Assembly: GCA_040905565.1 (NCBI GenBank)
Contig: JBBDRF010000092.1
Location: forward strand, 146,916-210,915
Length of the DNA stretch: 64,000 nucleotides
Origin: Phycisphaeraceae bacterium
GTDB lineage: Bacteria; Planctomycetota; Phycisphaerae; Phycisphaerales; Zrk34
Reading direction: 5' to 3'
The notes under the pieces were generated by a model. It searched no databases. It was not told where the DNA came from and saw only the letters and a program-made list of their open reading frames with translations. Made by a program: the position numbers and the translations under genes. Below, piece after piece: positions 1 to 9,105 of this stretch. Each line of letters begins with the position of its first letter. Position 1 is the stretch's first letter.

Positions 1-393
1 GTCGATCCTGAAAAGCTGGAAGAGTCCGTCCGTCTGCTATACGACCGTGGCCGAACGGGCTACCTCATCTGTGCCGCCTGCCATCAGACCGATGGTGGCG
101 GCTTCGAAGGCGTCGCGCCGCCGTTGGTCGGTTCGCCATGGCTCGAGCGCGATGCAGGCGGCATGATCCGCATCGTCCTCCACGGCTACTCCGATCGCGA
201 TGCCTTCCCGCCCATGTCGCCGCTGATCGGCCTAGATGATGACCAGATCGCGGCGATCTTGACTTATTTGAGGCTCACCCTGGCGGAGAACCCAACGCCC
301 GTGCAACCGGAGCAGGTAAGGCACGTGCGTGAGCAGCCACGCAACCAACTCCTGCCCTGGGACCGTGAGACGTTGGAGGCGCTGATCGAGTAA
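1..393 (+). CDS. Cytochrome c domain protein, C-terminal part (5' end outside window)
   Basis: Frame 1 is open from base 1 and reads ...GYLICAACHQTDGGGFEGVAPPLVGSPW...MSPL...DDDQIAAILTYLR: CxxCH haem motif plus class I cytochrome c-like C-terminus. Confidence 0.85.
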   Translation, partial: VDPEKLEESVRLLYDRGRTGYLICAACHQTDGGGFEGVAPPLVGSPWLERDAGGMIRIVLHGYSDRDAFPPMSPLIGLDDDQIAAILTYLRLTLAENPTPVQPEQVRHVREQPRNQLLPWDRETLEALIE

Positions 394-449
394 TTCCCCA
401 ACGCGGGCCGGCGGCAACCAGCGCACCACGGCGGCCCGCAGCACGCCCT

Positions 450-1769
450 TCATCGAACGATATCCCAACCATCCCGATAGTCGCGCCGCAGCAGTGCCTC
501 GGCCTCGTCCGCGCCAGAAATGCGCATCGACTCCGGGTCCCACGTAATTGCCTTGCCCGTGCGGTAGGCGATGTTCCCCAGGTGGTTCATTTCCGTGAGG
601 CGGCCGCCATATCCGAAATGCGCTTTCGTCTGCGGTCCGCCCTTGCACGCCCGAATCCACTCCGCATGATGACCGGGCGAGTCCTCAATCCACGGCTCGG
701 GCCTCTGAAAATCAGCGAACTGATCCTCCGGCAGCAGCACGTGCCGACCGTAGTCCGAAAGCAGCCGTCCCTTCTCGCCGACGAACACTACACCGCTGTT
801 CCAGCCTTCGGGCAGGGCAGGCCCTTTGTACTTCGGCGGATGATCGCTTCCCTGCGTCCAGTAAAGATCTACAGCCGGCAGATCGCCTCGCTCATCGAAC
901 CCATACCGCGCCGTGAAGCTCGCCGGCGCCGTCTCGGCATGCACCGGCGGCCCCTCCGCTTCAATGCGTTTCGGAGCGTCAAGCTTCAACGCCCAGAACG
1001 GCAAATCATTCCAGTGACTGCCCAGGTCGGTGCCCGTCCCGCCCGCAAAATCCCAGAACTTGTACCACCCCGGCCGGCCCATGTACGAACCATGATACGG
1101 CCGCTCAGGTGCGCCCCCAATCCACAGATTCCAATCCAGCCCATCCGGCACGGCTTCGCTACCAGCCGGCCTGTCTCCGCCGCCCCACGCCCGGTCAACC
1201 CATACGTGCGCCTCACGCACCGGACCAATCGCGCCACTCTGGATAAGCTCAACCACGCGCCGATAGTTCGAGCCGGCTTGAATCTGAATCCCCATTTGCG
1301 TCGCGAGATTCGGCTTCGCCGCCGCCGCCTCGCGCACCTTTCTCGCTTCCCATATCGAATGCGTCAACGGCTTCTCACAGTACACGTGCAGGTCCAGATC
1401 AAGCGCCATGAGCGTCGGCAGCGCGTGACTATGGTCCGGCACAGAAATCACCACCGCATCAAGATCCCGCTTCGCCTGCAGCATCTCGCGATAGTCGCTG
1501 TACTGCCGGGCGTCGGGATGCCGCTCGCCCCCCGCAGCAAGCACGCCGCGATTGAGATCGCACAAAGCGACAATGTTATTGCCACCCTGGACGTTCCCGA
1601 GGTTGCTGGCCCCGCGCCCGCCCGTGCCGATGATGCCGATGTTCAGCTTCTCATTGGCCGACGCCGCCCGCACCAGTCCCGGCACCGCGCCCACCGCAAG
1701 CGCGGATGACAAGATAAAAGTGCGCCGCCCCATCCGTCCGCCCTGTCGAATCATCCGCTGGCTGCTCAT
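450..1769 (-). CDS. Gfo/Idh/MocA family oxidoreductase with Tat signal
   Basis: RRTFI twin-arginine leader; IGIIGTGGRG NAD-binding motif; PDHSH and YCEKP motifs. Confidence 0.92.
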   Translation of the reverse strand: MSSQRMIRQGGRMGRRTFILSSALAVGAVPGLVRAASANEKLNIGIIGTGGRGASNLGNVQGGNNIVALCDLNRGVLAAGGERHPDARQYSDYREMLQAKRDLDAVVISVPDHSHALPTLMALDLDLHVYCEKPLTHSIWEARKVREAAAAKPNLATQMGIQIQAGSNYRRVVELIQSGAIGPVREAHVWVDRAWGGGDRPAGSEAVPDGLDWNLWIGGAPERPYHGSYMGRPGWYKFWDFAGGTGTDLGSHWNDLPFWALKLDAPKRIEAEGPPVHAETAPASFTARYGFDERGDLPAVDLYWTQGSDHPPKYKGPALPEGWNSGVVFVGEKGRLLSDYGRHVLLPEDQFADFQRPEPWIEDSPGHHAEWIRACKGGPQTKAHFGYGGRLTEMNHLGNIAYRTGKAITWDPESMRISGADEAEALLRRDYRDGWDIVR

Positions 1770-2088
1770 CTGCGTGCTCCTGTTGAACGTGATGCCCGTG
1801 ATTGACGCCCACCGATACTCACCAGAACGCGAATCCCCACGACCTCAGCGGCCTCAGGGTGCCCACTCAATCGCGGCATCGGCGATCCCTGAAGAAGATG
1901 ATGAGTCGTCGAAGGCTACGTTGTATACTGTCTCAGCGTCAACACCTGTTGCAGCTAGCGGCATCTGGAACAGCCCCTCCGCGCAAAGGCACCGCAAGTG
2001 CAGCAAGGCGGTTCCGCACATTTCAAGCCGCCACCGAACGACGCGGCCAACGCCGCCGACATAGTATATCGTACGCCAAAGGCATCGG

Positions 2089-5000
2089 TTGTTAGGGGCA
2101 AAATTGCACGTAAGAAGATTCGGTCTAATCTCCGCAGCAGCAGGCGGCAGAGCAGTCCATCTGGTCGCCGCTTGCCTGGCCCTCACCCTCGGCTTCCTCA
2201 GCACCGAAGCGCGGGGGCAGGACGCCGATCCGCCCGACACGTTTCAGGCCGTCGCCGCCATCTTCGAAGGTCGATGCATCACCTGTCACAATTCGCACGG
2301 CACCAGCCAGGGTAATCTCAGTCTCGATCGCGCAGCCGCCGCCTTCAACCCGCCCGATCGCCGCCCCGTCATCGTGCCAGGCGAACCCGACCGCAGCACA
2401 ATCATCCAAGCGGTGCTCGGCCCCGAACCAAAGATGCCCAAGCGGGGCGAGTTGCTTTCCGATGAGCAGGTTCAGGCGATGCGCGACTGGATCGCAGCCG
2501 GCGCCCCCTGGCCCGAAGGCCTCGAACTGCACAATCGCCCCGACATCTCCACCGACTGGTGGTCCCTCAAACCGCTCAAGCCACAGCCCATCCCGCAGCC
2601 AGCCCAGCACGCCGATTGGATCCGCAACCCCATCGACGCCTTCATCCTTGAGCAACTCCTCGAACAGGGGATGCGACCATCTCCCGAGGCCGACCGCCGC
2701 ACCCTCATCCGCCGGGTCTACTTCGACCTGATCGGCTTGCCACCCACACCCGAGCAGGTCGAGGCCTTCATCGCCGATGACGATCCACACGCTTACGAGA
2801 GGGTCGTGGACGAATTGCTTCGCTCCCCCCACTACGGCGAGCGTTGGGCCCGGCATTGGATGGACGTCGCCGGCTACGCCGAGAGCCACGGCCATGACGA
2901 GGACGCACCGCGCGAGAACGCCTGGCCGTACCGCGATTACCTCATCCGTGCCTTCAACGAAGAGTTTCCATACAGCCGGTTCATCGAGCAGCAGATCGCC
3001 GGCGACGTCCTCTACCCCGATGATCCACAGGCGACAGTCGCCCTCGGCTTCCTCGCTGCAGGCTCATGGGACCAGAGTTCCCAGATGGGCATTCAGGATG
3101 GTACCCACGACAAACTCGTCGCCCAGGTCCTCGACCGCGACGGGATGATCAGCGCCGCCGTCGGCAGCCTCAACAGCGTCACTATCGCCTGCGCCCGCTG
3201 CCACAATCACAAGTTCGACCCCGTCACCCAGGAAGATTACTACGCCCTCCAAGCCGTCTTCGCCGGCGTCGATCGCCACGACATCCCTTACGATCCCGAT
3301 CCCGTCATCCACCAGCGACGGCGTGAACTTGAGCAGCGCCAGCAAAACCTCGCGACGCTCACCAACGCCGAACTTCTCCGCCAGAATGTCCAGCAAACCG
3401 TGGCCGCCTGGGAGCACAACCAGACCGAATCTGACAATTGGCAGACACTTGAACCCACCGACATCGCTGCCACGCATGGTTCAAGTTTCCAAAAACTCGA
3501 CGACCATTCCATCCTCTTCGCAGGCGATCAGGAACGCGAAATCTACACCATCAGCGCCATCTCCCCGCAGCGCGGCATCACGGCTGTTCGCCTTGAGGTG
3601 CTCACCCATCCCGACCTCCCCGAGCAAGGCCCCGGAAGGGCGCCCAACGGCAACATCACGCTTTCCGACTTTCAAATTCACGCAGCGCCGTCAGCCGACG
3701 CCCAGCCGCAGCAACTTACCATCGCCCGCGCCTTCGCCGATTTCGATCAGGACAGCTGGACCGTCAACCATGCAATCGACGGCAACCTCGCATCCGGCTG
3801 GGGCATCTTTCCGCAGGTCGGCCAGTCGCACGACGCGATCTTCGTCCTCGATGAGCCGATCGACGACGCAGACGCCACCCACCTCACCTTCACGCTGAAT
3901 CAGAACCACGGCGGCGCGCACATCATCGGCCGGCCCAGGCTTTCCGTCACCACATCGGCCACCCCGCGCCGCACACAGGCACTGCCAGACCACATCGCAG
4001 CCATCCTCAACCTCTCCCCTGAAACCCGCAGTCCGCAGCAGCACGCCGACCTCGCCCGTTACGTCTTAACGCAACGGGTGGAAGCAGAGCTTGCAGCACT
4101 GCCTGCCCCGCAGATGGTCTACGCCGTCACCACCGATTTCCCAGACAACGGCAACTATGTTTCGGCGCAGGGGCCGCGCCCCGTCCACGTGCTACATCGC
4201 GGCGACATCGACCAGCCAGGAGAGCCCGCCCAACCCGGCGCGCTCTCCTGGCTGGAGGAACTGCCCGCAAGATTTGAACTCGACAACCCCGACGACGAAT
4301 CCGCCCGCCGCGCTGCACTGGCGCGCTGGCTTAGCGATGATCGCAACGTCATGACCTGGCGATCAGTCGTCAATCGCGTATGGCACTACCACTTCGGCCG
4401 CGGAATCGTCGCAACGCCCGACGACTTCGGCCGCATGGGAGCCGAACCAACCCATCCGGAACTCCTGGATTTCCTCGCCCTCCGCTTCCGCGACGAAAGC
4501 CAACAGTCCTTCAAGCAGTTGAGCCGGATGATCGTCACCAGCGCCACCTATCGCCAGACTTCCACCCACCAGTCCGATTACGCCGCCCACGATGCGGAAA
4601 ACCGCTACCTCTATCGCATGAACCGCCGACGCCTTTCCGCCGAACAGCTCACCGACGCGGTCCTCACCATCAGCGGCCAGCTCGACCGCACCATGGGCGG
4701 CCCCTCGGTCAAGCAGTTCGTCCAGTCGCCCGGCGTTCACGTCACCCCCAACGTGGACTATCAGGATTTCGACCCCGACGATCCCGCCAACAACCGCCGG
4801 GCCATCTACCGCTTCCTTATGCGCACCCTCCCCGATCCGCTGATGGAATCGCTCGATTGCCCCACCGGCTCCCAGCCAACCCCGGTGCGAGGTGATTCCG
4901 TGACGCCCTTGCAGGCGCTCGCCATGATGAACAACCCGTTCATGATTCGTCAGGCCGAGCACCTCGCCGCTCGCCTCGCCGCACAATCAACCGACAGCAC

Positions 5001-5151
5001 CGAGCAGGTCCGCCACCTTTACCGCCTCGCCTTGAACCGTGAACCCACCGAGCTTGAACGTCGCGCCATCACGAAATACGCCGACGACCACAGCCTCGCG
5101 GCTGCCTGCCGACTCGTCTTCAACACCAACGCTTTCATGTTCCTCGATTGA
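2089..5151 (+). CDS. Planctomycete cytochrome c / DUF1549 / DUF1553 (PSD1) protein
   Basis: CITCH and CARCHNHKFDP haem motifs, YGERWARHWMD, NRVWHYHFGRGIV, TPLQALAMMNN. Exact start uncertain. Confidence 0.92.
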   Translation: MLGAKLHVRRFGLISAAAGGRAVHLVAACLALTLGFLSTEARGQDADPPDTFQAVAAIFEGRCITCHNSHGTSQGNLSLDRAAAAFNPPDRRPVIVPGEPDRSTIIQAVLGPEPKMPKRGELLSDEQVQAMRDWIAAGAPWPEGLELHNRPDISTDWWSLKPLKPQPIPQPAQHADWIRNPIDAFILEQLLEQGMRPSPEADRRTLIRRVYFDLIGLPPTPEQVEAFIADDDPHAYERVVDELLRSPHYGERWARHWMDVAGYAESHGHDEDAPRENAWPYRDYLIRAFNEEFPYSRFIEQQIAGDVLYPDDPQATVALGFLAAGSWDQSSQMGIQDGTHDKLVAQVLDRDGMISAAVGSLNSVTIACARCHNHKFDPVTQEDYYALQAVFAGVDRHDIPYDPDPVIHQRRRELEQRQQNLATLTNAELLRQNVQQTVAAWEHNQTESDNWQTLEPTDIAATHGSSFQKLDDHSILFAGDQEREIYTISAISPQRGITAVRLEVLTHPDLPEQGPGRAPNGNITLSDFQIHAAPSADAQPQQLTIARAFADFDQDSWTVNHAIDGNLASGWGIFPQVGQSHDAIFVLDEPIDDADATHLTFTLNQNHGGAHIIGRPRLSVTTSATPRRTQALPDHIAAILNLSPETRSPQQHADLARYVLTQRVEAELAALPAPQMVYAVTTDFPDNGNYVSAQGPRPVHVLHRGDIDQPGEPAQPGALSWLEELPARFELDNPDDESARRAALARWLSDDRNVMTWRSVVNRVWHYHFGRGIVATPDDFGRMGAEPTHPELLDFLALRFRDESQQSFKQLSRMIVTSATYRQTSTHQSDYAAHDAENRYLYRMNRRRLSAEQLTDAVLTISGQLDRTMGGPSVKQFVQSPGVHVTPNVDYQDFDPDDPANNRRAIYRFLMRTLPDPLMESLDCPTGSQPTPVRGDSVTPLQALAMMNNPFMIRQAEHLAARLAAQSTDSTEQVRHLYRLALNREPTELERRAITKYADDHSLAAACRLVFNTNAFMFLD

Positions 5152-5168
5152 CATCAGGACGCGTAGCC

Positions 5169-6647
5169 ATGAGTCACCACGCCACCAATCCCCCCACGCA
5201 ATCGCCCGCATCACGCCGGCAGTTCCTCTTTAACGTCGGTGGCGGATTCGGTGGACTCGCCATTGCCGACCTGCTACATCGCGAACAACTCCTCGCCAGA
5301 TCCACCAGGCAACCACTCGGTGTCGGAACCGTCCACCGCAACGACGGCGGCCTCCATCGCGTCCCGAAAATCAAACGCGTCGTCCAGCTTTTCATGAACG
5401 GCGGCGCCAGCCCCATGGACCTCTTCGATTACAAGCCGCGGCTCGAGGAACTCCACGGCCAACGTTTCGATCCCGGCGGCGACCAACGCGTCGAAGGCGT
5501 CACCGGCCAGACCGATTTCACCGTCATGAAAAGCCCCTTTAAGTTCCGACGCTACGGACACAGCGGCCGCTGGGTCAGCGAAGTCTTCCCGCACATCGCC
5601 ACATGCGTCGACGACCTGGCCTTCCTCATGTCGATGGTCTCAAAATCAAACGTCCACGGACCAGCCAGCTACATGCAGAACACCGGCTTTGTCGATCCCG
5701 GTTTTCCCGCCATGGGAGCATGGGTCAGCTACGGACTCGGCTCCGTCAACGACAACCTCCCAGCCTTCGTCGTCCTGCCCGATCCCGCCGGCTTGCCCTA
5801 CAACAATCGCGGAAACTTCGAGAGCGGCTTCCTCCCCGTCCGTCACCAGGGCATGCTCGTGCGCCCCCATCGGCCTCAACCCGTCGCACACCTCCAGCCC
5901 CCAGCCCACGCCGAACACATCAACCGCGAAACCGAAGACGACGGCTACAAACTCCTCCGCATGCTCAACGAGGAACACGCCGCCGACCGCCCCGGCGACA
6001 CCCGACTCGAATCACGCATCGCCAGCTACGAACTGGCCGCCCGCATGCAACTCAACGCGGCCGATGTCTTCGATATCGAAAATGAACCCAGCCACGCCAT
6101 CAGCATGTACGGCGCCGATGCGGAGCCGACGCAGAACTTCGGCCGCAACTGCCTCATCGCCCGCCGCCTCCTCGAACGCGGGGTCCGCTTCGTCCAGGTC
6201 TGGAACGGCCCCGGCGGGCCCACCAATAACTGGGATAACCACGGCAACATCCCCGCTGAACTCCCGCCTCGCGCCGCCGAAACGGACAAACCCACCGCCG
6301 CCCTCGTCCGAGATCTTCAGCAACGCGGCCTCTGGGACGACACCCTCATCATCTGGACCACCGAATTTGGCAGGCAGCCATTCAGCCAGGGCCAGGCCGG
6401 CCGTGACCATAATCGCGGCACATTCGTCTCATGGCTCGGCGGCGGCCCCATCAAACCCGGCGTCGCCTATGGCCAAAGCGACGAATGGGCCTGGAAGTCA
6501 CTAAAGCCAACCTGGTGTTACGACCTCCACGCCACCATCCTGCACCTGATGGGCATCGACCACACCCGCCTGACATTCCGCCACAACGGCATCGACCGCC
6601 GCCTCACCGACGTCCACGGCCACGTCATCCACGAGATTCTAGTTTGA
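5169..6647 (+). CDS. DUF1501 domain protein (Tat-exported)
   Basis: SRRQFL leader, LFMNGGASPMDLFDYKP, ARRLLERGVRFVQV, WDNH, TEFGR, RRLTDVHG; directly follows the PSD1 gene. Confidence 0.92.
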   Translation: MSHHATNPPTQSPASRRQFLFNVGGGFGGLAIADLLHREQLLARSTRQPLGVGTVHRNDGGLHRVPKIKRVVQLFMNGGASPMDLFDYKPRLEELHGQRFDPGGDQRVEGVTGQTDFTVMKSPFKFRRYGHSGRWVSEVFPHIATCVDDLAFLMSMVSKSNVHGPASYMQNTGFVDPGFPAMGAWVSYGLGSVNDNLPAFVVLPDPAGLPYNNRGNFESGFLPVRHQGMLVRPHRPQPVAHLQPPAHAEHINRETEDDGYKLLRMLNEEHAADRPGDTRLESRIASYELAARMQLNAADVFDIENEPSHAISMYGADAEPTQNFGRNCLIARRLLERGVRFVQVWNGPGGPTNNWDNHGNIPAELPPRAAETDKPTAALVRDLQQRGLWDDTLIIWTTEFGRQPFSQGQAGRDHNRGTFVSWLGGGPIKPGVAYGQSDEWAWKSLKPTWCYDLHATILHLMGIDHTRLTFRHNGIDRRLTDVHGHVIHEILV

Positions 6648-6921
6648 AAACTGCCACCAATACGCACTGCGCCAAAGACTCGCCAGATGCCGATTCATTT
6701 GTCGGTGCTTTGGTGTACCAGATGCGCGACTTGGATGGCAAACTTTTGAACATCATGAGCGTGCCCTTCCTGCGACGAGCCATCGGCGACGCGGGCGGGG
6801 ACGGACCACACCCGCCACGCCGCATCGCCAGTCGTGAAGGCGAGCGTGAAGAAGGTGGGGTTCGAACTGCAGCAGTACGCACCATGCGTCCACGTGGCCG
6901 CCGGTGAACACGACGACCCGC

Positions 6922-7014
6922 TCAGCCGATCTTCCGGATCGCGTCCTCGGCCTTCTCCCGGTCGAGTTCGGCGTAAATTTCGGTCACGTTCAGCGAGCGT
7001 TGGCCGAGAATGGT
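6922..7014 (-). pseudogene. Tyrosine integrase C-terminal remnant
   Basis: Minus strand reads TILGQRSLNVTEIYAELDREKAEDAIRKIG*, aligning with the end of the 43.6 kb integrase (IVLGHSSLVITQTYAEQNDRKARAVIAKVG*). Not in the ORF track. Confidence 0.75.
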
Positions 7015-7273
7015 CGGATGTGCGTCGCTGGGTTGTCCCAGAGTTGGCGGCGGTGCCAGCGATGCTCACGCTGCCACCGTTTCAAATTCGTCCCATGCCG
7101 CTTCACGAGCCGCTCCTGTCATGCTTGATCGGTTTCCCAGCGGGTGCTGCTGCCGCCCTTATTGCTGGGTACCCGCTGACGGGACAGATGCTCGGGCGGC
7201 GGATACCTTAGCGACGGGACTGAGGAATTGATGCATAGTTAATCGCGGGGGCATGCCACTAAAGTGGTCAGCG

Positions 7274-8120
7274 TCAGTTCAACGAAGCTCCGACCAGCGT
7301 CGCCGCAACACTGAATGCCCGGCGTTTGAGCCGTTCGCCGTTGCCGAACCAGATCGTATTCAGCGGCTCCTTGTTCCGGCCGGTGTAGGATTCGCGATCG
7401 GTCCACTGGGTCACCGCGTTGTACGCTGCCCAAAGCGTGCCCCGTGCTCCCGGCAACTGGTTGCCATCACCGGTTTCAAAGAGCTCAGCGAGCCGAGCAT
7501 GATGCTGGTTCACGCGTTCATACTGAGGATCGTCCTCGGCAGGGGTGGGCATTACCTGCTCAAAGTACGTCGCCAAGCGGTTGCTGGTCATGGACGCCTG
7601 GGCCATCTCCTGCATCGCAGTACCCGCGTGATCCATTGCTGTGTTCACCAGCCCAAGCAGCTGATGAGCATCCTTGACCCGATCGGCCACATCCGGATTG
7701 TGACGAATCGAGACACCGCTCATCCCACGCAGTGCGACGTTGAGCGTGTTCATGCAGACGACGCGAATTGGGGTGAGACCGATCCGCACCGCAGCCGTCC
7801 CGTCGTGAGCATTGCTCAGCAGGATGAATTTCTCAGCGATGTCGTCACCAACCACACGAATCACGCCCGGCAACTTGGCCAGCATCCAGATGCGACGCCC
7901 ACCCCGCAGTGCTCCGGCGGTGTGATAAACTGCACCACCTTCGCCAACAACCGGGTCAAGAAAACCAAACGCTTCACGGTTTTGTAGCGGCGTGTAATCT
8001 CGGCCCACCACAGCCAGCTGGCCACCATCACGGTCACCAAGCCGATCAGTTCGGCAGATCGCATGGCGATCCTTGATCTTCACGTCACGGCTGACGCCGG
8101 TGTAAATCGGCTGAGCGACG
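7274..8120 (-). pseudogene. DUF932 phage/plasmid-like protein, apparently lacking its N-terminus
   Basis: YTPLQNREAF, TAGALRGGRRIW, LLSNAHDGT, TPIRVVCMNTL, TLWAAYNAVT. The recognisable part starts abruptly at QPIYT, joined to the end of a truncated DUF1501 gene. Confidence 0.85.
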
Positions 8121-9086
8121 GCTCGTCTGGGTGTGGTAGACCTGCACAAAGCGGACGCCTCGTTCGACGAGTCGGCGGGCCATGAGACACTGGCGGCCGA
8201 AGTGAGCGGTTTCGGGCTCGTCGATGCCGTAGTGAGTCTGAACGTGTTGGGGCTCGCGGGCGACTTCGAAGGCTTCGGGGGCGGCTGACTGCATGCGGAA
8301 GCCGAGCTCGAAGGATTCGATGCGGGAGCTGAGACGGGAATCGTGTTCCCGCTGAGCCTGGTATTGCTTGTCGAGTGCCTGGAGGGCCTGGAGCTGCTGT
8401 TGCTGTTCGGCTTGATCGAAGGTGGCGTTGCGCACGTTGGCGATGGGGTTGTTCAGATCGCTGACGAGGGTGCCTTGGTAAGCGGCAGGCATGAAGGCAC
8501 TTGTCCAGAGCGGCGCCCCTTGGGCGGGCTGATCAGGGCTGATGACGACGTAGCCGGGGAGGTTCTGGTTGACGGTGCCGAGGCCGTAGAGCAGCCATGA
8601 GCCGAGGCTGGGGCGGCTGAAGGCCTGTTCGCCGGTGTTCAGCTGGAGGCAGGCGCCGTTGTGGTTGATGTTGTCGGCGACCATGGAGCGGATGACGCAG
8701 ATATCGTCGGCGCATCGGGCGATGTTGGGCAGCAGTTCGCTGACCTCCATGCCGCTCTGGCCGTGGCGGCGGAACTTGAATGGAGAGCCGAGCAGGCCTC
8801 GTGTCTGCGTCCGCATGAGGCTGGGTTTTTCGAATGGGAGTGGCTGGCCGGCGTGCTTCTCGAGCATGGGCTTGGGATCGAAGAGGTCCATCTGGGAGGG
8901 GCCGCCGGACATGAAGAGGAAGATGACGTTCTTGGCGCGGGGGAGGTAGTGCGGGGCTGGGGCGGACGTGCTGGTGGATGCTGCGGCCTCGCGCGCGAGC
9001 ACATCGGCGACGGGGAGCATGGCGAGACCTCCGGCGAATCGCTGAAGCATCTGTCGCCTGTTGACGGGGTGTTGTGATGATCGCAT
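8085..9086 (-). pseudogene. DUF1501 protein, C-terminally truncated
   Basis: NRRQML leader and FLFMSGGPSQMDLFDPKP, but it ends just after RGVRFVQVY and lacks the WDxH/EFGR/RLTDVxG part seen in the paralogue at 5169-6647. Confidence 0.85.
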
Positions 9087-9105
9087 GGCTTGCCCTGAAT
9101 TTGGA

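Noticed and set aside
582..1709. Long antisense ORFs (also 16491-17612, 46010-46912, 58753-59676, 61947-63005)
   Set aside because: Shadow frames of well-supported genes, expected in high-GC DNA.
6650..6915. Possible coding fragment (FVGALVYQMRDLDGKLLNIMSVPF / VKKVGFELQQYAP)
   Set aside because: No start signal or recognisable motif, and the frames are inconsistent; it cannot be assigned without a search.
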